A program made the position numbers and the translations under genes. The notes under the pieces are model-generated. The model ran no database searches and was not told where the DNA came from. It saw only the letters and a program-made list of their open reading frames with translations. A stretch of 64,000 nucleotides of DNA from positions 138,570,001-138,634,000 of the forward strand of contig JBITNC010000001.1 in the NCBI GenBank assembly GCA_050084985.1, given 5' to 3'. Below are positions 52,001 through 64,000 of this stretch, piece by piece (position 1 is the stretch's first letter; every line of letters begins with the position of its first letter). The DNA is from Nageia nagi. Lineage: Eukaryota; Plantae; Pinophyta.

Positions 52001-54273
52001 TCTAAGACACTTCAATTTCTTTCCTGTCTCAATCTCAACCAAAGTTTTCCATTTCTTGAAAATATCAAATACATCAGATTTATTCTTAATATAATAAATC
52101 CAAGCTTTTCTAGTTGCATCATCAATAAAGGTAACATAATAACGAGAGCCACCAAGAGATGATACCTGAGCAAGTCCCCATACATCTATATGCACAAGCT
52201 CTAATTTTTGGCTCTTCTTTTCTTTCCCAACTTTGAGAAATCTAACTCTCTTCTATTTTCCATAAATGCAATTCTCACAGAAATCCAAATCAACATTTTC
52301 AAACCTAGCAACAAATTTCTTGAGTGAAGAATCTTCATCCCCTTTTCACTCATGTGTCTGAGCCTATGATGCCATAATGCTACATCTACTCCTTTGGAAG
52401 TTAAAGCATTAACAGAGTTAGAAATACCATTGCATAAATACAATGTACCAACCTTTTCACCTCTTGCTATTACCATGGCTCCTTTGGTGACCTTCCAAGC
52501 TTTATCTGTGAAAGTTGTCACACAACCTTCACTACCTAACTGCCCTGTTGAAATCAAATTCTTCCTTAGATCTAGAACATGCCTTACCTCCATTAGTAGC
52601 CATTGGTTTCCATTTTGTTGTTTTATAAGAACCTTACCCATTCCAACAATTTTACAAGGTTTATCATCACCCAAATGAACTTGTCCAAAATCTCCTTGAA
52701 CATAGTCATGAAAATATTTCTTATCAGGTGTGGCATGGAATGAGGCCCCTGAATCTACCACCCAGGAATTATTAATATTTTTGAAAGAAAGAATCAAAGC
52801 ATCTTGTAACACCTCACCTGTCACATTTACTTCATGATTGTTTTCTTGCTGTGCATCTCCTTCTTTTCCCTTCTGAGATCTACAGTCTCTCTTTAGGTGT
52901 CCTTTCTTTCTGCATTTCTAGCACTCTAACCCTGATCTAGACTTGGATCTACCTTTCCTTGATTTACTGCGATATCTTGAGCTCTTTCCTTTTTCCATTT
53001 TTCTTCCCCTAGAATCTGCACTCAAAGCATTTCCCAATGTCTCACCAAAGCTTTTCCATCGCATTTCCTTGCTAAGGATAGCATCGACAACATCAGCAAA
53101 CTTTAAAGTACTAGATCTAGACACAGATTTACTAATGGCCATTACTAAACCATTCCAACTTTCTAGTAATGAGCACAAGAATAATAGAGCTCTAACTTCA
53201 TCATCAAAGTTTACCTCTATAGAACTTAACTGACTTGTAATAGTATTAAAATCATTTAAATGATCTGCAACAGATCCACCTTCCGACATCTTCATATTAA
53301 ATAATCATTTCATAAGAAATACCTTGTTTGAGGTTAAGGGTTTTTCATATAGTTTCAACATCTAAAACAAACCCTATATTGTTGTTTCCTTCAAAATGTT
53401 GAAGGTGACTAATTTAGTAAGGCTCAACTGTACTGCTCCGAGTGCCTTTCTATTGAGAAGGTTCCAATCTTCATCTATCATATCCATCAGCTTATTTGTT
53501 TTTCTGCCCAATGGTAGGTATAGATCTTTTTGATACAGATAATCTTCCATCTACATATTCCATAGTGAGAAATTTTGGCCGTTAAATTTCTCAACCCTAA
53601 ACTTACCATCTTCTACCATTGCTCCCACTTGAATGAGGAATCCTTCTTTCCTACGAGTTTATCAACCAAATACACCTTTAGCTCTGATACCAATTGTTAG
53701 AAAATTATATATTCTGGAGCAATGGAATGCATAAAATATTGTAGAAAATATAGACATAAAAAATGCATAGATAAGAGAGACACAGATATACGTGGTTCAC
53801 CCAATTCGGGCTACATCCACACCAAACACCCAGTTCTTCATTTCTATTATCTAGCAAAGTGAAGAAATACAACCTACAGTAAATCCATTGTAATATCCTC
53901 TATTTTCTCTCACAGTATCATGTCTCTATTTCTACTCTCCAATGCACATCTACTACTATGCACTCATACAAAGAGGGGTTTTTATCTAGGGCAAAAAACC
54001 CTAAACTAAACATAAGTTCTACCATCAGATCATTCACCTAATGAATAGCCTAGATTGACATCTATTTTTAGCTTCAGGGTGCTACCCTCGAACCCCCGCT
54101 GGGGGACTACTGGCCCTTGGACCCCCTAGCTGGGGGGGATGTTCCCCCCTGAACCCCCACAAGGGGGACCAATCCCCCCTGCAACCCCCCCGCATGGAGG
54201 GGTGTACAAACTTCCTGGGGTATACTTTCGATTGAAATAAAGAATTCTGAATAATCATGCTCCACACACAACA
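49055..54273 (-). mobile_element. Full-length, disabled Ty1/Copia retrotransposon (Tnt1/Tork-like)
   Basis: LTRs 49055-49636 and 53695-54273 (TG...CA). TSD CAAAT at 49050-49054 and 54274-54278. PBS 53680-53692 (iMet). PPT 49637-49647. Domain order gag-PR-INT-RT-RH. Confidence 0.97.
49734..53619 (-). pseudogene. Copia gag-pol polyprotein with stops and frameshifts
   Basis: VEKFNGQNFSLW (gag), WVVDSGASFH (PR), LWHHRL, TFIDDATRK and LRSDNGGEY (INT), YVDDML and PYASVVGSLMY (RT), GYVDADMVGDRDNRRST and TKHIQFKYHFIR (RNase H). Confidence 0.95.
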
Positions 54274-54278
54274 CAAAT

Positions 54279-55195
54279 CATATCTATGAAATCTTTTTTT
54301 AATTTCTCTTGTTAATGTATCTAAAATGCTTCTCAACTTAACTCTTGATTTTTGCAAAATTCTTTCAAATTTGATGCACATCATGAGAACTTGGTCAAAT
54401 TCAATTTCAACAGATGACACCACACCCTATCTTTCAAAACAATATAGTGGAATATCAATTACATTAACATTGATATAAAGTCTATCAACAATATTGAATA
54501 TTAAAATATGTTTTGGATTTTTCACATTTTTAATGCATTCCAATTCTCAAATAATGGATTTATAAAAATTATTTCATATAACCTATCAATAGTATAGCAT
54601 ACTCGTTTCCTTTCACTTATGAAATCAATTATATATATAAACATTTCTTTAGTAATCTTGATCAATTTTTTTATTTCATATAATATTAGGATCATTTTAC
54701 ATAATATTAATAATGTTTCTAATTCTATCATGCAATACAATAAATCCTTAATTCTATCAGCACCTCTTCTATTTTGATAGAAATTATTAAAAATTTATAT
54801 TTTCAAATACTCTTTCTATAGGTTTAAACATTGAAATCCATCTTGTGTCCACATGTTTCAACATTCTTTTTCCACCAAATTTTCCAAGAGCAAATTGTTG
54901 TAATTTGACATTCCTTCTAGAGCTTTTTGAAATGTATGCATACACCTCATCTATCAATTCTTCCACCCTAGCCACACAAGTATGTATAGTTACTATTTTG
55001 TATGCAAGGTTAAATCTATGAGCCATAAAATGAATAAGGATCATATATAGAGTAAATAATATTTGGAGTTGAATATAAAGTCCATTTTTGTTTCCTTGCA
55101 TTACTAAAGCACCTTATGCACCTACACATATTAGCTTTCTTGCAATTTTATTTTCATCCATTTTAGCAATCTCTTTCAAACTATTTACAAGAAGA
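54279..55195 (-). pseudogene. hAT (ZNF862-like) transposase catalytic region
   Basis: CVGA*GALVMQG (GADGASVMQG), IHFMAHRFNLA (CxAH motif) and VDTRWISM. Confidence 0.85.
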
Positions 55196-57849
55196 TTGAC
55201 CTTTATTTATGAATTTAGTAGGATGACATTTTGTTATATACTTGAGTATAAGGATCAAAACTGTAATGGGTTAAAAGATTTCATCCTAATGTTTGTACCA
55301 TTCCAAGGGTCTTTAGGCTACATTAGGTTCTCTTTTAATTAATGGCTACATGCCTTGCTCACCATAAAAGGTTCATTCAATTTGATAAATAATTGAAGAA
55401 TAAATGTCTCTTATATACTATGTCCAATCTATTTCTCAATTCAACATCTCTATCATAACTAAATATCCATATTAGGTACCTTAATATGTGTTGCTAGTGA
55501 GCTCTGGATACGATCTTGCATCTCAATCACAAACATATTTGGATATTGTACCCTATTAATGCAAATATAAGAGTTAAGATGGGGAAAAATTATTTCTCTC
55601 TAATATTAGGTTGGATTATTATCAGAGATCATTGGAACTATGCTTTACACGAGTTCACCCTATCAATCTATGGAATGCCTTGAGAAGCACTCCTTAGGGT
55701 GGTCATTGTCCAAGCAAAACAAATCATCTTCTTTAATGGTCACAAGGATAGCTACTTTCCTCTACGTTACATATGAAATGTTATGGGAAATAAGAGTTAT
55801 GAGGATTTTCATGGGTCTGATTACGAACCTGAATAGATTGATTCTCATTAAACAATATTGTTCAAATAATAAGAGTTTGAATTTGAAAATGTGAAATGGT
55901 ATGACATGTAATTGAATCCATCTAACTTGCTAAGGCAATCCATACAAGATTTGAAAATAAGAGGAAAAAATGAGTTCAATGTCCTCCAATGGTACTTCAT
56001 TATAGAAATCAAACTTTGTGATAATTATTTTGAGTAAATGAATGGATTATGGATCTATAAGAAGTCTCATTAGACCTTATTACCAAAAAAACAACACCTA
56101 TTATTATATATATTTATAGCTTTAGCCTCATTAGAGAACTAAACCATGAATGTTTTATTATTTTGTAAACAAACATGAATTTATGACCTTTATAGTATGG
56201 AGAAAGGTAACATAAAGCATGAGTTAATGTGATAAATAATTATTTTTTCAAGTTAAGGATATTATTTTTTTTAATATAATTATAGATAATAGATTATTGT
56301 AAAATTACCAACAAATGGTAAAATAATAGTTTTTTTAAGTTAGTAAAATATTAATAAATATTTACAAGGCATCTATAAAAGATATAATTATGAGAATTTT
56401 ATCAAACTAATTTTTCAAAAGGTAGTGGTTGGTTAATAGTCATATTTCTTTGAATTGATCTTGCACATGATGTATGCCATTGTGAATCATAAAATATTTC
56501 TCTATTATCAAGGAAAGGAGGTAGCTTTAGAGAAAGAGTAAAACCTCTAGAGATCACAAATAGAGTATAAATTAGTTGATTATGGCATTCTTGCATGAAA
56601 TTGATTGATAGAAAAGGAATGCATGAATAATACATGGTGCATTTAGGGTAGGATGAATTATGGTAATAATAAGAGTGTCTTGATCCTCAATTGCTCAAAA
56701 TCCTTTCTTAGTACTCATGACCAATAATTCTTGGATCCTTCGAGATGTGTTGAAAAAAGAGGATGGCATACACTAATCAAATGAAGATGAATTGAAGACC
56801 CTATATGATACAATAATACACAAATGAACATTCTACATGTTGATGAAATTAATATATTGTATGAAGCTTTATAAAATACATGGTTTATATCATAAAATCA
56901 TTTTATTAATACTTTCATTATGTATGATAGCGAAAAAGAGAAGGCTATTGTTATATAGATCTATGAAAATAAATGTAGTAACAAAGATAACCCATTTTTT
57001 GCATGATAAGTATTTATGGTAAAAACCTAAGTATGATTTAATGTTTATGTTTTTAAAGGGATCTAAATAATTTATAAGGTTATTTGAAATAAGCAATGTT
57101 TTAAAAATGGTGCAAAAATCATAATGTGTACAATATTATTATTTATTTAAAAATTATGATAGGGTTATTTTGATAGGAGAATTGCTCTAGAGAAATGGTA
57201 ATCTTACAATAAAAGAATTAGGGTTTGAAGATTTACTAAGAACATGGATATCTTAGTTATCATGATGATTGCACTCTACCATGAAACTAGTTAGGAAACA
57301 TTCAAATATGATGATAAATAGCAATCAAAGGATTAAGATCATATAGCAAACATAGGTTCAAGATTGTGTAAGTAAAAGATTTAATGAGCCATCAAACATA
57401 GCCCAATGATTATAGGTTGAATAAAGTAGTATACTTAATGTGAAAGGAAAATGTTACTCAAGTAAAAACTAAAGCACAATCATCATGGGAAATTGCACTT
57501 GAGTGAGGTGGGTTTGCATGGTGAACATACCCTAGTACTTAATGAGGGATGATGATATATAGATATACCATGAAGAACTAAAATGTATTATCAATGTGGG
57601 ATATGTGTTGTAATGTTATTGGCCATCACATAGGAATTACTTATGAAAAAAAGGGTAAGAAAATTTAGGGTTTAGTATAGTGGGCTAGCGTAACAACATC
57701 AAATATATCAATTGTATTTAAAACTATACATGTTATATCTAATTATCATTTATACTAAATACTCATTGTTTGATTATCTTCACCATTAAAAATATCATTA
57801 GCTTTCATTAAAAAATAAAAAAAATATCACTTAAAAAAAACCCAAGTAT

Positions 57850-58380
57850 AATCATACATACCTTATTTTGGCTTCAAAAAAGCATATAGTAAACAACATG
57901 CTTGAACTCACTCACTACTAGGAAAGGTGTAGTAAAATGCACCTTTACTTATTATTAGCCTAATTTATATGTGAGTATGTTAAGAATGCTTTGAGGCTGA
58001 GAGATATGGTATTCTAACTAAAAATTCAATGCTCATAGGAAACTAAGGAAAATGTATTGAGCTCAAAACTTAGGTTTATGTTAGTTAGCTCTAGTCCTTC
58101 AATAACTACAAAAATTCCATTTACAAATGGACATCACAATTAACATATGCAATGTGAGTTTGGCCTTCTGTTATACAAGGAATATAAAATGACTAATATT
58201 ATAACTTAATAAATATGTTCTTATTTTCTCACAAGCTCCAAAAGAGTTCTTACCTTCTATCGAGCTCTTGCAAATGCAGGCAATAAAATAACATTCTCCT
58301 TATTACAATCAAAGCCTAAATGGATCAAATCAATAAAAATATGCATAATAGATTGATTTTAATTATCAATCACACCTTCA
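57850..58380 (-). pseudogene. Second, more decayed PUB ARM C-terminal fragment plus 3' flank (paralog of ~7455-7855)
   Basis: Shares gcctaaatggatcaaat, acattctcctt and cactact.ggaaag with 7455-7855; translates IDLIHLGFDCNKENV. Confidence 0.68.
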
Positions 58381-58995
58381 TTGTTGGATTATTTTATTAT
58401 TTAATAATATTTAAGAACATTTTTACTACTACTTTAACAAAAGATAGAAAATAGAACAATCACGAATCCAAACCATAAAAATAAGAGGCAAATTTAATGA
58501 GGTTCACCCAAAGCACACTATGTATCTATAGAAACTGTCAATCCTATTTCAATTCTTTATCTAAATAATAAATACATACATCAAAAACATAACCATGATA
58601 TAATCCTCCTATTTAGTACAACACAACCTCACTATAACAATCTCTCATTCTCCAATAATATCTCAAACACAAACTATAGTGTAATTTAACATCAAGGTAA
58701 TCAATGCTAAGAATTGAAACCTTCCCACAAGCATGCACAACCCATTGAGGAATATTTCCTCAAACTATATGATTACCTTATAGAAAGTCTAATGTACATA
58801 AAAACTATAATATTTTTGCATAATGGTCAAAAGATCCCATCTCAATTTATAATCTGATCTATTTCATATACTTCTAAGTTATATTTAATATCATCTCATA
58901 TCTCATACAGGCATGATCCCATCATAGCTTTGATGAAATCTATGTATCACCAATTTTCTTTCCTCACTCTTGATAATATAGTTTTATTGTTTTAT

Positions 58996-59398
58996 TTTTT
59001 TTGTCAATACCTATGGTTATTAACCCTAGTGCTTTCTTGGATTATACTTTTCAGTCCCATTGACCTATTTTTGATCACTCATGGATATTAAAATATATTT
59101 CTATTTCTATTTATTTTCTCTTACACTACCATTACAAACATCAAATATACTAAAGAACAAAGATTACATATCATATATAAATTAGTTGGCAAGAAATGAA
59201 TTTATTTTTATTGTATCTTAATATTTAGAGGAGGAAAAAATTATAAGAATGTGAGATAGTCCTTTATTTCCTTTTGTATTAGATGAAATCACAAATCATA
59301 GTTTGGATAAGTACCTTATAGTATAAGACATATTATTAGATTCAAAAGGAGTGGAACAACCATTTTTATAATTAATAAGCTTTTAAATATTTATATTG
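58996..59398. repeat. Near-identical copy of window positions 1-~400
   Basis: attttttttgtcaatacctatggtt...ttcaaaaggagtggaac...atatttatattg is present in both. Confidence 0.9.
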
Positions 59399-59409
59399 CA
59401 ATCTTAGAT

Positions 59410-59560
59410 TTAAAATGAATATGGAATCTTAGATTTGGTCATTTAAATCTTGGTGGACTAATGAATATGGAATCTTAGATTTTGTCATTTAAATCTTAGT
59501 AAAAGATTTAAAATGAATATGGAATCTTGGATTTGGTCATTTAAATCTTGGTGGACTAAA
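59410..59560 (+). repeat. Local triplication of a ~40-48-bp unit in the Copia pre-integrase relic
   Basis: aatgaatatggaatctt.gattt.gtcatttaaatctt occurs three times here and once at ~29580. Confidence 0.85.
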
Positions 59561-61433
59561 TATTTTACTTAAGAGGAACATGGTAATAGGTTTAGTGCTC
59601 ATCTAAAGGCTAGATGCAAAATGTGAGGGATACATAATAGGAAAATACCATAGATAATCATTTCTAATAGGAAGGTCCTAAAAAGCTATTAGAGATAGTA
59701 CATTATATCTATTTAGACCATTTCAAGTTACTTCATTATTAAGTATGATCATAAAAATTTAATATTAATACTTATTGCATATAATAAATGGAACAAGTTA
59801 TATACTTAAGAGATGAATCAATATGATAATTAAGAATAAAATTTAATAAATACATAAAACCATTGAAAACTTGAAAGAAAAATAATAAATTTGGATAATT
59901 ATTTGTATGTGACATCACATAGGTGACATGAGTGGTGAGTTTTTCAATTAGTTTTATGATTTGGATAATAGATTGATGCTTCTCTAATGCCAAATAGTTG
60001 AATTCTTAGTTAAAAAGATGAATCAAAATAAATATGAAAATAATTCATTATGTAATATCATCAAACTAGTCAATAGACCAATGTTTGTAGGAGATATATG
60101 AAAAACATAGCTCTCAAACTCTAAAAGTGACAAGATATTCAAAAAGAATTGCTAAATCTTATTTATAAGAAAAAGAGGCCACATGGCATCATAATATAGG
60201 CAAAATACTATGGTAGTTAAAGGAGAGAGAAAAGATTTCATGAAAAGAGAAGAAAGGGATAGCTCTAGATTGATGGACTAATTGACAAAATAAAATAAAT
60301 GGGCTGCCTAATCCTTATTTAAAGGGAAAAGGATGACACATCGAATCCCAATGTTGCCTAATCTTATAGTGATGTAGGGACATATTTATACCATATGAAA
60401 GCATCCTAATGGCTCTATGTTTCCTCCACATAGTAGCAACATGCCCCCACACCAATGGTAAATGTCTTGAAACTCACCAAAATATTTTACATAACATTTG
60501 TTAGGTTCAAATTCATCTTTTGAATTTTTAAAATTTTTGTTAAAATCACCTTTTCTATGAATTTGATTCATAAAAAAATTTCTATGCAACTATTGAGGCA
60601 AGGCTCTTAAAATGAACCTTGTTCATCATCCATGAGATAATGCTTTAATATACAAATTTTTCATGAGCCAAACTCCACATTTCACCCAACTACTATTAAT
60701 ACCCATTTTTTAGAAATCTTATCTAAAATATGATAAGATATAAAAATGCTTATTTCTTTACTATCAATCATTATAATTACATCTTGATTGAAAATATTAC
60801 CTTCAAATATAATACTATGGCTTGAGCTTCCAAAGCATATTGTTCAATTGCTATGCAAATCTTGTGAGTAGGTTTCTTATTAGTTTTCAACCTTTGAAGA
60901 AAAATAACACGCAAAGTGTGATCCTCCACACTCAAAGCACCCTCACTTAGGAATATGTAGCTTATCCTTACAATCTTTCTTAATATCCTCATAATCAAAG
61001 TTCCATTATGTCGAGGGTTCATTTTTATTAGGAATCTTCATTTTCTTTATTGGTTAAAGTTTCTTAAACCTTCATTCATGTTGTAAATGAACTTTTTTTT
61101 CTTCTATCTCTTATACTAGAACTTGGTTTTCTTACTCATGTTATCATCCTTAGTTAAATACTCAAGATAGCTCTTCCTAAAAGTTTGGTTAGTTTCCTTC
61201 TTTCTAGCCATGTTGTATGGCTTTTGGTGGGTCTTCAATTGATGTAGATTTATTACAATCTTGATCTTATAATTTATTCACAAGATGAACTTTTGAATCT
61301 TCAAATTTTTTTTTTAGTCTCATATTGCGACATATGAAGATCATGTGAAGAGGGAGAGTTTTGAGCCCAAGACCTCTTTTTTCCCACTTGAGATATTCAA
61401 ACACCCACTTGGCTCTCCAACTCCCCTCATGAT

Positions 61434-61850
61434 TTGATGAAGAGAGAATTTATCAATAGGTATTTATGCAAAAAAATATATGTAAATGAACCTCTAAAAT
61501 TTGAGAAGGATGGAACACTTCACTTTATGTACAACCTCAAGAAGTCAATTTACAATTTGAAGAAAGATCTAAGGCATGATAAAGGTAAATGCTTTTCTCA
61601 TAAATTCAATTTTTATGATATGCAAAGTAGAATTTAATATATTTATTATAATGTAAGGGGTGACCATAAATTTTCCATTACATTACATGTTAATTTTCTT
61701 ATTATGACAAATTATCCACATAAGATCCAAATATTTATGAATAGACTAAATGATATCTTTTAGATTGTTGATATAGGAATTAATAATTCCTTGATTTGCA
61801 AGTAAATTTAGGAAGATATTTCTTTTTATCAATAAAATTATGTTTTGAAT
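61434..61850 (+). mobile_element. Copia RT fragment, duplicate of 32541-32960
   Basis: ORF 61434-61637 is nearly identical to ORF 32541-32741. Confidence 0.75.
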
Positions 61851-62136
61851 AATTTTGAAAAATAATACTAATTAAAAATTAAAATTAATACTTGTTGCAT
61901 ATAATAAATAAAACACAGTATATGTTTTAAACAAAGACATGAATCAATATATACATCAATCAATTAGAAGCATAAAAGAAAAAGAAATAAAATTTGGATA
62001 AATATTTGTATTCGGCATCACATAGGTGCAATGAAAGCTTATTTAGTCAAATAATCTAATGTACTTGAAGGGCCAAATTGTTACAAAAAAACTGTCAATT
62101 TGGGCATCCTTCTGTATTGATTGGAATGAGCTTATC

Positions 62137-63078
62137 TCAAGAAGAAGAAAGACTGTTCAAGAGTGCAACTCTAGCAGAAATAAAAGCTTTGAAGAGATGG
62201 TCTATTTTGTGATCCAAAAGGGCTAGAGCACTGTCCAAGTCTTGGAGTGCCGTGTTGATTTCAGAGAGTTCAAGAGTCATGTGCAGCTTGGAGTTGGAGT
62301 TGAGTCGATTGTTGAGGTTATCAAGTGCAACATCTGCCCTCTCTAACTCGACCAACAGCCACCTCTTGGACTTCCACCTTCTCATTTCAACGTTCTGCTT
62401 TAGCTTGGTTTGTAGATTGCTAAGAGGAAGTAATAGAGATAGAGACGGCATCCTAAGAGGGTTGACGGAAAATGAAGCCACTAGTGCAGAACACACCAAG
62501 ATGGCAATGAAAGCTTCTCACCTGATCGTGCTTGCGCTTTTGCCTGGAGGCTTATGCTATCAGCCATTCGCCTGAGTGTAGACATGCATTTCTCAAGTCT
62601 GGATTGGACGCCCTTATTGTTTAGGCCTTACAAACTGGAGTAAGCTGCCCGATCTTTGAAGGGCATTGATTCGAATGGCTACCTGCACAGACGTGTGCTG
62701 CTTCCTCGTTTCAGCTATGCTATCTCTCAACACATTGCAGATGTCTAGCAGATGGAGCATGTCTTCCAGATGTAGGTCCACCCATTTGCATCCCTTACTT
62801 GTGCCCTCAATGTCAAACCCTAATTCTGAGGATCTGCGACAAGCGTTGATCACCACCTCCAAAGCTTCTCCAAGCCAATCTGCGCAGTAATATGAGCAAG
62901 AAGGCTGTTCCTGTAATGTTTCCAGATCAGCTGCGAATTCGGAGATGGCTGGGTGCCTTTCGAGTGTGGAGAGCATACTCCATGATCGCTTATGCCTGTG
63001 CCCATCTCTGCGTGGAGAGAGGGAGCGCAGGGCTAAGGCTGCTCCAAGAGACAAGAGAAGAGATCCAGGGGCGCTCAT
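62137..63078 (-). pseudogene. DUF241/BPS1-family pseudogene, copy A3
   Basis: Intact N-terminal half (HKRSWSMLSTLERHP; KWVDLHLEDMLHLLDICNVLRDS), then a 2-nt deletion at ~62638, TCA>TAA at ~62628, a 1-nt deletion at ~62518 and a 24-nt deletion at ~62508. Confidence 0.9.
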
Positions 63079-64000
63079 GGTGGTCGGGATTACTGATGCT
63101 GCGGCATTTACATATGTATTTATATTTCTGCAAGAGGGGGAACAAAGAGAAAGAATCCCGCCCAAACCAAAAGCAACTAATCTTAAGAAAATCAAGCTAG
63201 CGTAGCTTCTGTCCTCTCCCTTTGCAATTTCCATGTGATGAATGCGTGAAACCACCCGTGTGGGCGGGCTGTCTCCTTGTTGGGTCCTTGCAGATGATTC
63301 CTCTTTCAGTTCACCATGTGTCCAACTAATTTCCTCCTCCTAAAATCCATATTTTATTGCAGAAAAGACCTTCGCATATTGTTATCTTAAACTATTTTGG
63401 TGGATCTCTGAGATGCTATAAATCAATCTCTATTGTGTGCTGTCCTCCTCAGCAACAACAAGGGGACAGCTTTTCGTTGTCATGAAAGGATTCTCATCTT
63501 CCATGACGAATATCAAGGTTCTCATCAAGCTATGACTGTCTGCTTCAGAGATGAAAGGATGACAACAATCACCTTCGTGATGAATATGAAAGTCTTTCAT
63601 GAAGCTATGATTGTCTCCTTAAGAGATGAAGCGAGGACAAGATTCATTTGAGTTGTATTATATAGTAGTATTGTTGTATTTAGTTGTTGTATTTCCTACC
63701 TATAATATGAAAATGGATACATAAGTAAAGTATCATTTTATGTCTATTTAGATAATCATGTCATTAAAATTATAAAGCACATAATGGATAATTTAATTTA
63801 TTCATGAATAATGTAAGAAGGGATCCATTGTGGTAGGATGCTACCAATAGAACTGAAAACAAACATAGATAAGATTAATCTCAACACTTCATTTTTGTAT
63901 TAGGTAAATATTTCTAATAACTTGTAAGCATCTGAATGTATACCACATGACTATATGCACTAAGATATAATATATTCCTTAAAAATACTCCAAATACAAC

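Noticed and set aside
55200-57800. Short ORFs and coding-like patches (e.g. 55640, 56402, 56837)
   Set aside because: No recognisable domain; likely decayed TE or chance ORFs in AT-rich DNA.
60386-61022. ORFs 60386-60589 and 60777-61022, possibly LINE ORF1
   Set aside because: No diagnostic motif, and the frames are not preserved in the paralog near 31700-32130.

Overview
AT-rich, repeat-dense land-plant nuclear DNA; the retroelement and Pif1 relic types suggest a gymnosperm, but that is inference. There is no prokaryotic gene organisation and no rRNA, tRNA or CRISPR array. The core is a tandem, segmentally duplicated cluster of five intronless DUF241/BPS1-family genes on the minus strand (A1 ~9.4-10.3 kb, B1 ~16.2-17.1 kb, A2 ~33.3-34.2 kb, B2 ~38.6-39.3 kb, A3 ~62.1-63.1 kb). 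Four are clearly disabled and A1 is damaged but keeps a 277-aa ORF. Also present: two ARM-repeat (PUB13/14-like) pseudogene fragments; Pif1-helicase (Helitron-like) relics next to the DUF241 genes; a young gag-only LTR element (566-4918) with an unrecognised C-terminal region and an internal inverted repeat; a full-length dead Tnt1/Tork-like Copia (49055-54273) inserted in a hAT transposase; a 269-bp TRIM with 64-bp LTRs; a degenerate LINE; a Gypsy gag-protease element with a 30-bp array; and several Copia fragments and satellites. All coordinates and mismatch counts were read by eye.
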